DNA of 64,000 nt from an uncultured virus (IMG/VR IMGVR_UViG_3300044629_000710). Lineage: Duplodnaviria > Heunggongvirae > Uroviricota > Caudoviricetes. Position 1 is the first letter of the stretch; each line of letters opens with the position of its first letter. Positions 45,788-55,700 of this stretch are shown here, piece after piece. The position numbers and the translations under genes are program-made. The notes beneath the pieces are model-generated. The model made no database searches and was not told the DNA's origin. It saw only the letters and a program-made list of their open reading frames with translations. The stretch lies in the IMG/VR virus record IMGVR_UViG_3300044629_000710, one strand, 5' to 3'.

Positions 45788-46168
45788 ATGGCTAAGTTCG
45801 TGGATCTGGACATCAACTTTGACCGCAACCCCTTCACGGGAGATGTCGTGGTCCGCACCGAAGAGGAAGCGGTCAAGAGATCGCTTCGCAACCTGCTCCT
45901 CTACAAGAGAGGGGAGAAGCCTTTCCATCCCGAAATCTCCTCTGGACTGATTGACCTTCTGTTTGAGCCTGTTGATCCCATCATGGTCATGGAACTGCGG
46001 AACCGCATCACCCACATGATCGCCAGATACGAACCCCGCATCAAGGAAGCCGAGGTAGATGTGGCACATGTGATAGATAAGAACGAGATCCGCGTGACCA
46101 TCAAGTTCGCGATGTTCAACATCCAGCGGGTGTTCAGCACAACCATTACCCTCCAGAGGATGAGATGA
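45788..46168 (+). CDS. gp25: Baseplate wedge subunit (T4 gp25)
   Basis: DLD..F...P.TGD, AVKRS.RNL.....GEKPF.P, LLFE, YEPR. Confidence 0.93.
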   Translation: MAKFVDLDINFDRNPFTGDVVVRTEEEAVKRSLRNLLLYKRGEKPFHPEISSGLIDLLFEPVDPIMVMELRNRITHMIARYEPRIKEAEVDVAHVIDKNEIRVTIKFAMFNIQRVFSTTITLQRMR

Positions 46169-48069
46169 GCAACAACACGGCAAACACCCCGATTGACTCG
46201 CTTGAGTTTGACCAGATCAAGACGAACCTGAAGGACTACCTGCGTGGGCAGCAGCAGTTCAAGGATTACGATTTTGAGGGGTCGTCCCTGTCCATCATCC
46301 TTGACCTCCTCGCCTACAACACCCACTATCAGGCATATTACGCCAACATGGCGGCGAACGAGTCATTCCTTGACTCCGCCGTCATCCGCCCATCGGTCGT
46401 TTCGCTTGCCAAGCACCTTGACTATGTGCCTCGCTCCAAGAAGGCGGCAACGCTCGTCGTGGATGTTTTATATGACAACGATGTTACCGATCAGGTCATC
46501 GGGGGCAAGTTGTTCCTTGAGAAGAATCGGGTCTTCCGTGGGGTGGACCAGAACGGCAAGGCGATCAACTTCGTCAACCTACAGACGCATCAGGTGACTC
46601 GGCAGGGAGGGGTCAACGCCGCGAGAGGGGTGGTGCTTTCCCAAGGCAACCTCAAGTCCGTCTCGTTCATCGCGAACACCACGGAAGTGGTCGCTCCCAC
46701 CTTCACCATCCCCGACAAGAACATAGACATTGATACCCTGAACATCATCGTCCAGCGTTCCACCACCACCACCGAAGGATCGGCGAACCTGTGGGTACGA
46801 GGCAGGGACATCACCAAGTTGAGCGGGGACACCCGCGTGTTCTTCGTTCAGGAGGGCAGCAACGGCTTCTGGCAGTTCTACTTCGGGGACGGCATCCTCG
46901 GAAGGCAGATCCAGAACGGCAACCTCATCACAGCGACCTACCTAACGACATCGGGTTCGGCTGGCAACGGGATCGGTTACAACGATGACATCCGTTACGC
47001 CGGAACCATACAGAATGCCCTGTCCGTGTCCGTACAGACCGAAGATGACGGGACGGTCATCCCATCGTTCGGGGGCGAGGACGAGGAGAGCATTGACTCA
47101 ATCAAGTTCTATGCCCCTCGCACCTATCAGGCGCAGGAGCGTGCGGTCACCGCGGACGATTATCTCGCCGTGCTGGGACGGGAGTACTCCAGCCGAGCCG
47201 ACTCCTACTTCATCTGGGGAGGCGAGGAGAACATCCCGCCGCAATACGGCAAGGTGTTCATCAGCATCCGTCCCAAGCAGGGTCGTCGGCTGTCTTTCGG
47301 CGAGAAGCAGGCGATTGAGAAGAGCATTCTGGGAGAGCGCAATCTCGTCACGATCACGCCCGAGGTGGTGGACCCCGATTTCCTGTACATCATCCCCACC
47401 ATCACGGTCTATTACGACGAGGCCAAGACGGTCCTCAACTCAACCGGCATCGCAAGCAAGGTCCGCGACTTCGTGCTGGTCTACAATGGCGAGGAACTGG
47501 GAGGCTTCCAGAAGAACTTCCGATCGTCCAACTTCACCTCGCTGATTGATGCCTTGGCTCCGACCATCAACTCCAACACCCTTGAGTTGAAGTTGGCGAA
47601 AGCACTTGAGCCGTCGTTGGGCAGGTCATCCACCTATACGGTGCGATTTGACAACGCTCTGTATCACCCGATTGACGGCTACACTCCCATCTTGAGCAGC
47701 CAGTCTTTCGTATATCAGGACGCGACATCGTCTGCCTTGGTGAAGCCGAATGTGACCGCCTACCTTGAGGATGACGGCTACGGGATCGTCCGCATCTACA
47801 AGATCGTCAACAACTCAAAGGTCATCATCAAGCCCAACATCGGCACGATTGACTACGAGACGGGACTGGTGACCCTGAAGAACTTCGCTCCGGTGACGCT
47901 TGCGGATGGCAGGACGGAAATCCGCATCACGGTCCAGCCGAGGAATCGGGACATCTTCTCGCGGCGCAACCAGATCATTGAGATTGACATTGATGGTGTC
48001 TCCGTCACCGCCGTGCCCGAGAAGACCAAGATTTACAATTCATCCACCGATTCAACATTCCCGAGGTGA
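46165..48069 (+). CDS. gp6: Baseplate wedge subunit (T4 gp6)
   Basis: L.FDQIK.NL..YL..Q..FKDYDFEGS.L...LDLLAYNTHY, FGDG..G, ES..SIK..AP.....Q.RAVT..DY, WGGE...PP.YGKVFI. Confidence 0.95.
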   Translation: MSNNTANTPIDSLEFDQIKTNLKDYLRGQQQFKDYDFEGSSLSIILDLLAYNTHYQAYYANMAANESFLDSAVIRPSVVSLAKHLDYVPRSKKAATLVVDVLYDNDVTDQVIGGKLFLEKNRVFRGVDQNGKAINFVNLQTHQVTRQGGVNAARGVVLSQGNLKSVSFIANTTEVVAPTFTIPDKNIDIDTLNIIVQRSTTTTEGSANLWVRGRDITKLSGDTRVFFVQEGSNGFWQFYFGDGILGRQIQNGNLITATYLTTSGSAGNGIGYNDDIRYAGTIQNALSVSVQTEDDGTVIPSFGGEDEESIDSIKFYAPRTYQAQERAVTADDYLAVLGREYSSRADSYFIWGGEENIPPQYGKVFISIRPKQGRRLSFGEKQAIEKSILGERNLVTITPEVVDPDFLYIIPTITVYYDEAKTVLNSTGIASKVRDFVLVYNGEELGGFQKNFRSSNFTSLIDALAPTINSNTLELKLAKALEPSLGRSSTYTVRFDNALYHPIDGYTPILSSQSFVYQDATSSALVKPNVTAYLEDDGYGIVRIYKIVNNSKVIIKPNIGTIDYETGLVTLKNFAPVTLADGRTEIRITVQPRNRDIFSRRNQIIEIDIDGVSVTAVPEKTKIYNSSTDSTFPR

Positions 48070-48072
48070 TTC

Positions 48073-50403
48073 ATGGGCATTGATGACAACAAGCAACTGT
48101 CGGAGTTGGTGTCAAGCCAACTGCCCGAGTTCGTGCGGGTGGACCACCCCACGCTTGTTGCCTTCCTTTCGGCATACTACGAGTGGCTTGACCTTCGGAG
48201 GGACAGCGGCTTGCTGGTATCCCCGATGTCCATGCGAGATGTGCCGGATGTGGACCGGACGATGGACCAGTTCATCGCGGAGTTCAAGAGCGAGTACCTG
48301 TTCCAGTTTCCTGAGTCTCTGGCGGTCAGTTCGCAGACCGGAATGCCCGTTGACGATCGCAAACTCATCAAGACCATCAAGCAGTTCTACCGAGCCAAGG
48401 GCACGGAGAAGGCATATGAGTTCCTGTTCCGCATCCTGTACGATACGGGGGTTGAGTTCTATTACCCCAAGCAGGACATCCTTCGCCTGTCCTCCGGCAA
48501 GTGGGTACAGAACAACTACCTGCGGGTCTCCAATGTGATCGGCGACAGCATCTTCCGTGCGGCTGGCAACAACATCGTGCAGAGGGACTCGTCGGGCATT
48601 CTTGCGACGGCAAGGGTCGTCAGCGTGTCCGTATACCAGAAGGGCAACTTCAATGTCGCCGAACTGCTCATCAGTGGTCGTAACGGAACCTTCCGCACGG
48701 GCGCGAGATACGGCTTTGAGTTCACGGACGGAGACGAGACATTCAGGGAGAATCGCATCTACAGCGTGGTCTCCTCGGTCAACATCACCGATGGAGGTGA
48801 AGGATATCGTCCGGGTGATAGGGTCGTGTTTGAGTCCACGGGATCGGATGTCGGACAGAGAGCCTATGGCACCGTGACGCAGGTGGACTCGGCAGGCACC
48901 GTCCAGAAGATCAAGATTGAGGACTTCGGCATCAACTACGAGGTTCCCCCGATCGTCAGGATCAACAGCGTGAGCGGTTCGGGGTTCGTGGGGACGGCTG
49001 TTGTAGGTTCCCTATGCTCGGAACTGGGCTACTATGCCAACAACGACGGCAGGTTGAGCACCAACAAGGTCATTCAGGACAACCATTTCTACCAGAACTG
49101 GTCGTATGTCCTGAAGTCGGAGGTGGTCATTGATACCTACCGAGAGGCCATCCGCAAGTTGATTCACCCCGTGGGTACGGCGATGTTCGGCTCCGTGTCG
49201 GTCAAGCGTTGTACTAAGGACAATCTGGGGCAGAATGTGGTCCTTGACTCGTTCAAAGTGCCTTACATCGGCAACTACCTCCCGTATACCTTCAGCACAT
49301 ACGACAACCTCAAGAACTGGTTCGGGGACACCGGCACGGCTGGATATCACCCCGAGGTTCATGATAGGCTGATTAGATTGACGAGTCCCACCGACCCCCC
49401 GCAGATTTCCGGAAACCCTATCAGCAACTCCATATCCTTCGTGGAGTCAACCATAGGTGCATTGGGACAGACAGGTGTCTCTGGATACACGGGAGCCGCA
49501 TATACAAGACCACTCAACTCGGATGAGCCGTACTGGTTCGTGTACGAGCACCCGAACAACAGCCCGTCAATCGCAAACACCAAGCACATTGCCAAGGTTT
49601 GGTCCGACCAGTTGAGGGGCAGATGCGACTTCCTGTCATGGCCCGAGTGGACGCTCCAGAGCGGGACCGACGAGGATCGCAAGGATTGGGAACTTGCGAT
49701 GCCCACCGGAACCACCGGTTGCTGCGTCGGCGTGGACGGGCAGACGGTCAGTTCCTATGGTGGATTCACTGGAACGAACCGATGGAGATCGGACAATACC
49801 TTCAAGTACGCCGAGTTGGTCTATGCCGAGGACGAGAGTGAATTCCGGAAACTGACCGCTAGGTCTTTCTTTGAGATGGGTGTGGGGGACAAGAACTTCA
49901 ACTGCCGAACGAATCAGGTTCAGCGAGGGGTGTTTGATGTCCGTCCTTCCCTGAACATCACCTCGCCAAGAAACGGGTCAACATTCTCGTTCACGCCCAA
50001 TCCGGAGAATGACCCCGAACTGTCCAAGGAAGAGATCCTGAAGATTGGGGGAGACAAGTTCCAATACAGGGCGGTGCTTCCTGTGGAATACGAGATCGTC
50101 AATCCGCAGGCCATGATTGACTACCCGATCGCCGGAGTCATGGCCATTCTAGACAACGGGCAGAAGATATATGACTACAGGTTGAGCGGCTCCGTTTTCT
50201 TCTCTGGGGTGGAGGATGGGAAGCACACCATCACCGTCAAGTTCTTTGACGATAAGAAACGACCGATGGAATACCTGCCGACATCCACCATCACCGTGGT
50301 GTATGGGCTGAACCCTGCCAAGAGCGGCATCCTCTTCTCCACCGTACAAGGACCGATTTCACTATCCACGGCGATATCCGAAGTCTTGGTCTCGGAGGTC
50401 TAA
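48073..50403 (+). CDS. Baseplate wedge protein (gp7-like)
   Basis: QLPEFV..D.P...FL.AYYEW, FYRAKGT.....FLFR.LY, IQDN.FYQ..SYV.KS, HP.G...FG. Confidence 0.75.
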   Translation: MGIDDNKQLSELVSSQLPEFVRVDHPTLVAFLSAYYEWLDLRRDSGLLVSPMSMRDVPDVDRTMDQFIAEFKSEYLFQFPESLAVSSQTGMPVDDRKLIKTIKQFYRAKGTEKAYEFLFRILYDTGVEFYYPKQDILRLSSGKWVQNNYLRVSNVIGDSIFRAAGNNIVQRDSSGILATARVVSVSVYQKGNFNVAELLISGRNGTFRTGARYGFEFTDGDETFRENRIYSVVSSVNITDGGEGYRPGDRVVFESTGSDVGQRAYGTVTQVDSAGTVQKIKIEDFGINYEVPPIVRINSVSGSGFVGTAVVGSLCSELGYYANNDGRLSTNKVIQDNHFYQNWSYVLKSEVVIDTYREAIRKLIHPVGTAMFGSVSVKRCTKDNLGQNVVLDSFKVPYIGNYLPYTFSTYDNLKNWFGDTGTAGYHPEVHDRLIRLTSPTDPPQISGNPISNSISFVESTIGALGQTGVSGYTGAAYTRPLNSDEPYWFVYEHPNNSPSIANTKHIAKVWSDQLRGRCDFLSWPEWTLQSGTDEDRKDWELAMPTGTTGCCVGVDGQTVSSYGGFTGTNRWRSDNTFKYAELVYAEDESEFRKLTARSFFEMGVGDKNFNCRTNQVQRGVFDVRPSLNITSPRNGSTFSFTPNPENDPELSKEEILKIGGDKFQYRAVLPVEYEIVNPQAMIDYPIAGVMAILDNGQKIYDYRLSGSVFFSGVEDGKHTITVKFFDDKKRPMEYLPTSTITVVYGLNPAKSGILFSTVQGPISLSTAISEVLVSEV

Positions 50404-50406
50404 ATA
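50400..50406 (+). promoter_or_regulatory. T4-type late promoter (CTAAATA) overlapping the gp7-like stop codon
   Basis: 7 nt upstream of the gp8 ATG. Confidence 0.65.
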
Positions 50407-50413
50407 AGAAGCC

Positions 50414-52705
50414 ATGGCTTGCGATCCATTCCTCCAGAACCACAAGAGAGTCGCCGCAGACCGCCTGATGGGCATCTATGATGACCTAGACGGTAACAAC
50501 CTGTTCCTGTCCATAGGCAGAGTTGCCGAATGGCCAGACGAACAGAGTCCCCCCGTCAATCAGGACAGCGTCCAGTCCGAGACCGATTTCTGGAGACGGG
50601 TTCTTGCCCACAAGCGGATTGATCGGCAAGATGTGTCTCTGGTTGTCCGCAGATATGACTGGGAGAGTGGACAGGTCTATGCCGCCTACAGGGACAATGT
50701 TGACCTCTACGATGACCTGAACCCATCCAGATTCTATGTGCTGGTTGATCAGGAGAGGGTCTACAAGTGCATAGACAACAACGGAGGAGCAGCATCCACC
50801 GTCCCTCCCACGCACACGGACGCGGAGATCCGCAGGCTTTCGGACGGCTACCGGTGGAAGTTCCTGTACCAAATTTCCGAGTCCAAGCGAAAGTTCCTGA
50901 CCAAGACGCAAGGTGATGCCATCGGATACATGCCGGTGGAGTATGTGCCTTACCTGAACCAGAACGACGAGCGGTTTCTCCAGTGGAACATCCAGAACGC
51001 GGCAGTCAACGGGGAGATCGGGTTCGTCTACTTGAATCCGGAAGTCGCCCCGTTCGTCTACACGGAAAAGTGCTTGCTTCCCAGCAACGGGAATGATGTG
51101 GTCGGCTCATTTGCGGTCGGTGCCACCTTCGTGAACATCACATCTTCGCTCATGATTCCGGCGGATGATTACTACAACAACATGGTCCTGTCAATAGACA
51201 GCGGTCCGGGACAGGGTCAGCGAAGGAGAATCTCGTCATACAAGGGATTGACCACCTATTCGCAGGTCATCTTGGACCAGCCTCTCTCTGCTGCTCTGGT
51301 GTCCGGTGCCACAGGTTCAAAGTTTTCAATCGTGCCGAACATACGGGTGGTTGGAGACGGCACCGCATACAACAAGCAGTACAACCCATATGCCACATCC
51401 GCAGAGGTGCTGGTCCGCATCGGCGGCACAAGCGGTGTTCCTGAAACGGACGGTTCTTGTCTGGATATCAATGAGGCAAGAGTGGTTGATTCCATTGAAC
51501 TGGTTGATGGGGGCAAGGATTACACATTTGCGTCTCTACAGGTGGTCGCCGGGCTGACCATGCCAAGCAGAAAAGCCTTCTTGGGCATAGACAACTTCGG
51601 CATACCCGTCATGTCTCCCAAGGGAGGACATGGTTCGGATGCGGTGAAGGAACTCGGTGCGTCATCGTTGATGATCGTCAAGGACTTTGACCGGACCGAA
51701 GACGGCACGATCAGCACCAGCAACGAGTTCCGTCAGGTCGCCATCATCCTGAACCCGTTGCTGGAGGAAAAGCAGGTCCGGCTGAACTTCCGAACCAACG
51801 GGCTTCCCGCCTCATTCGTCGTGGGTGCTACGGCAACCCAGACAGGAATGACCGCCACCGGAGAGGTGGTGTCGTGGTATGTGGGAGCCACCGGTTTCAC
51901 CGGAACATCCGAACTCGTTCTCACGAACATTCGGGTCGGTGACTTTGCGTATGGTGCGACCGTCGGTAACTTCACAGTCTCCCGTGTTGATGAACGAACC
52001 GTGGCAGGGACAGAGGTGCGACGGCTCGTTCGCATGGAACTGGTGCCTATTGACGAGTTCGGGATCAACAACGATGACTTCAAGCGAGGTCTCCTTGTTC
52101 AAGGAATGGGTGACATCGCCGATGGTCTGCTCCCGTCAAGAACCATCGGCGAGATCTACTCATGGGAACCGGAGCCTGCCACAAGCCGACTTGGTTTCCT
52201 CTATGTTGAGAACACCAGCGGCGAGTTCAAGGTGGGAGAGGCAGTCACGCAGGTCAATCCTGTCACCAATACGATGGTCAACGGCATCACGGGAATAGCC
52301 AAGATCGCCTCGCTCACGACCGTGGTCAGAGGAAAGAAAACCTACGACCAGACATCTGAGGTGGTCCTTTCCGCAGCGGTGGGCGCGAACAATTTTGCGG
52401 CGGATGATTTCACCGAGGACGGATATCTTAAGTTCGTTTCTGGTCTCACCGAATCCAATGGTTATGTGGTGGAATGGGTTCCCACGGGAACGACAGGATA
52501 CATGCGACTCAGCGGAACGAACGGAAGATTTGTATCCGGAATGTCGGTGGCCAGTCCATCAGGCATCACCGCTTCCATCACCAGCGTCTTGGGGCAATCC
52601 GAGATGCAATACGGCTCGGGAGACATCCTATACATACAGAATGTCCGCCCCATCGCCCGAAATTACGACCAACGAGAAGAGTTCAAGATAGTCATAGACT
52701 TCTGA
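50414..52705 (+). CDS. gp8: Baseplate wedge subunit (gp8-like, extended)
   Basis: IGR...W, K.I...D...VVRR.DW..G..Y, VYKCIDNN, DGY.WKFLY, P.GGHG.D...ELG, SGDILY..N..PI.R...Q.E..K..I.F. Confidence 0.85.
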   Translation: MACDPFLQNHKRVAADRLMGIYDDLDGNNLFLSIGRVAEWPDEQSPPVNQDSVQSETDFWRRVLAHKRIDRQDVSLVVRRYDWESGQVYAAYRDNVDLYDDLNPSRFYVLVDQERVYKCIDNNGGAASTVPPTHTDAEIRRLSDGYRWKFLYQISESKRKFLTKTQGDAIGYMPVEYVPYLNQNDERFLQWNIQNAAVNGEIGFVYLNPEVAPFVYTEKCLLPSNGNDVVGSFAVGATFVNITSSLMIPADDYYNNMVLSIDSGPGQGQRRRISSYKGLTTYSQVILDQPLSAALVSGATGSKFSIVPNIRVVGDGTAYNKQYNPYATSAEVLVRIGGTSGVPETDGSCLDINEARVVDSIELVDGGKDYTFASLQVVAGLTMPSRKAFLGIDNFGIPVMSPKGGHGSDAVKELGASSLMIVKDFDRTEDGTISTSNEFRQVAIILNPLLEEKQVRLNFRTNGLPASFVVGATATQTGMTATGEVVSWYVGATGFTGTSELVLTNIRVGDFAYGATVGNFTVSRVDERTVAGTEVRRLVRMELVPIDEFGINNDDFKRGLLVQGMGDIADGLLPSRTIGEIYSWEPEPATSRLGFLYVENTSGEFKVGEAVTQVNPVTNTMVNGITGIAKIASLTTVVRGKKTYDQTSEVVLSAAVGANNFAADDFTEDGYLKFVSGLTESNGYVVEWVPTGTTGYMRLSGTNGRFVSGMSVASPSGITASITSVLGQSEMQYGSGDILYIQNVRPIARNYDQREEFKIVIDF

Positions 52706-52714
52706 GGATGACCG

Positions 52715-55700
52715 ATGCCATCATACGACCCCAACCTGTTCAATGTAGACCCCTACTACGATGACTACTCGGAGGACAAGAAGCATCTCCGCATCATGTT
52801 CCGTCCGGGCTACGGCGTTCAGGCACGGGAACTGACCCAACTCCAGACCATCCTCCAGAACCAGATTGAGCGGTTCGGCTCGCATGTGTTTGACGAGGGC
52901 AGCATCGTCCTTGACGGGCAAATCACGACCAACAACCTGAAGTATGCTCGCGTCACTCTCGGTTCGGGCGTGACGCACACCGACTTCATCGGCACGACCA
53001 TCTATAACAACAGCATCGCATCCCCATTCACCGCAGCATATGGACGGGTAGTTCATGCCGAAGGTGGGATTGTCGGCGACCCATCTCCGGTCCTGTTCTT
53101 TGAATACCTCGCGGGCGGGACGGGATTCACATCTTCCAATGTGATTGCGGCGACCGCGTCCAATGAGCAAACCATCACAGCCACCGTCACCGGTTCGGTC
53201 GGAAACGCGACCGTCGTTTCGGTAGACAGGGGTGTCCGTTTTGTGGAAGGGTATTTCGTCCTGAACGATGCCCAGTCCATCGGTGCTTACAGCCTTTCCG
53301 GAAGCATGCGTTCATATGAGAGTCCGACCACAAGCGTCGGCTTCGCGGTGAACAAGGAGTTCGTCACATCGGATGATGACGAGACCCTCACAGACCCCGC
53401 TTTCGGATACTACAACTACTCCGCACCGGGTGCAGACCGATTCAAGATTGACCTCGTCCTGTCGCAGCGTGGATATACGGCGACCGACACCACCAGCACG
53501 GACAACTTCACCCGCGAGGGTTTCGTTGAGTTCATGCGGATCGTGGACGGCGACATCGTCAAGGTGGAGAAGTACCCCGACTATGCGATGCTTGAGGACA
53601 CCTTCGCCCGACGCACATATGATGAGTCCGGAAACTACACGGTCGTTCCGTTTGACCTCACCATGAGAGGAATCTCGGGTAACGACACCACGCTCAAGGC
53701 TCACCTCAGCCCCGGCAAGGCATATGTGTTCGGGTATGAGTTTGAGACGCAGGGTGTCACCCGTCTCAACATTGACAAGGCACGGACAACCCGTCAGGTG
53801 GAGCGTGTGTTTGACCGCGAGGTCGGTCCTTACACTAAGGTCATCTTCTCGGGCATCACGGGAAGCATCCCGTCGGGTCTACAGGACTTCGGTCTTGACC
53901 CGGTACTCATCATGGTCACCGGATCGTCCGGTCAGGGAGATGCCAACAAGCGGATCGTGGGAGAGATAGGACGCGCACGCATGCGCAGGGCTGACCTGTA
54001 TGCCAATCCGGTCTTCAACCTCTCTCTGTATGACATCGCCTTCACGATGACTGGAGCCGATTTCAGCCAAGTGGAGCGTTTCTTCGTATCGGGAGTGACT
54101 CATTGTGACCGACACTTGTTCGCCGTCACGGGAGGCTCCGCGTCGTTGGGTGCCCTCAGCGAGTCATCTTTGTTGTGGGAGATTCCTGACGGTTCCGTGA
54201 TGAGCACGCTGGACGACATTGACATCGCGTACACATACCGGACATCTGTCGTTCCTAATGCGTTCCCCTACAACACCACCATATCAATACCGACAATCGG
54301 CAACAATTTCTCCGTGTCCACCACGGAAGTCTCGCTGCCGAATGCCGATGTCATCGTGTTTGACCAGAACGGTAGGATCCTCGGAGGAACCGCCGCACGC
54401 AACGGAACGAGTCTGGACATCACGGTTTCGGGATCCCTCTCGCAGTCAAACCGCCTCCATGTCATGGCATCGGTTGACTACGATACCAATGATCCGACAA
54501 TCAAGACCAAGACCGTCTTGACGGAAAACATTACGCTCACGGGCGCATGGGGATCCGCATTGACCGGAGATGGAAGAGGAAGCACGGCAGATACCCTCTA
54601 CTTCAATGGGTATGTTGATGTCATCTCTGTTCTTGCACTCACCGGAAGCAGGGACGGAAGCAGCACGAACCTGCTCCCATACTTCACCTTTGACAATGGC
54701 CAGCGTGAGGACATGTATGACTGGTCAAGGATGATCATGAATCCGGGCACGACCGGTGTCACCGGAGCATACACGGCGACCATTTCCAGATATAGCAGAA
54801 GCGGTGGGACATTCTTCACCGCTGAGTCCTACACGGGAGGAAGCCTCACCTCTGACTATGTGCCGACATTCACGGCGAAGTCAGGCACGGTCTATCGGTT
54901 GAGGGATTGCATTGACTTCAGACCAGATCGTGGAGCCACCTTCTCATCGGTGTCGCAGGTATCTTCATCCTCAATCATCCCGACCAACACGGCGGCGAAC
55001 GACAGCCAGTTCAAGTATACCCATTTCCTGCCGAGGATTGATAAAGTTGCGTTGACCCGCGACCGCAACTTCTCGGTCATCAAGGGTGTCCCCGCACTCA
55101 ATTCTGAGCCACCGGCGGACAATCCTAACGCGATGACCCTGTACAGTCTCGGTGTCAATCCGTTCACTTTCGGTCCCGACGATGTGACCGTCCGACAGGT
55201 TGAGAACAAGCGATACACCATGCGGGACATCGGCGACCTTGAGAAGAGGATTGAGGCGGTTGAGTACTACACCACCCTCAACATCCTTGAGCAGGATGCC
55301 AAGTCCATCTCGGTCAAGGATACCGCAGGCGACGAGATGCCGAAGCGTGGCATCGTGGTTGACCAGTTCAAGGGACACATCGTCTCGGACAACGCCGATC
55401 CGATGTTCGCTGCGAGCATTGACTACGAACTCAACGAGTTGCGTCCGTCGTTCATTGCGACATCGTTCTCGCTCACCGGAGGCACTCTTGTCGGCATGAC
55501 CGGCAACCGGACCGACAAGGTGTTCGTCATGAACCACACGGCGAGCGGGGAGATCGCCAACATCGTTTCCAGCGACTACATCAAGATCAACCCCTTCGGA
55601 GTGGTCTCGTTCCTCGGCAACATGAAGATCAGCCCATCGTCGGATGTCTGGTTTGACACGGGCAAGCGTCCGAAGGTGCAGGTCAATGTCGGTGGCGAGA

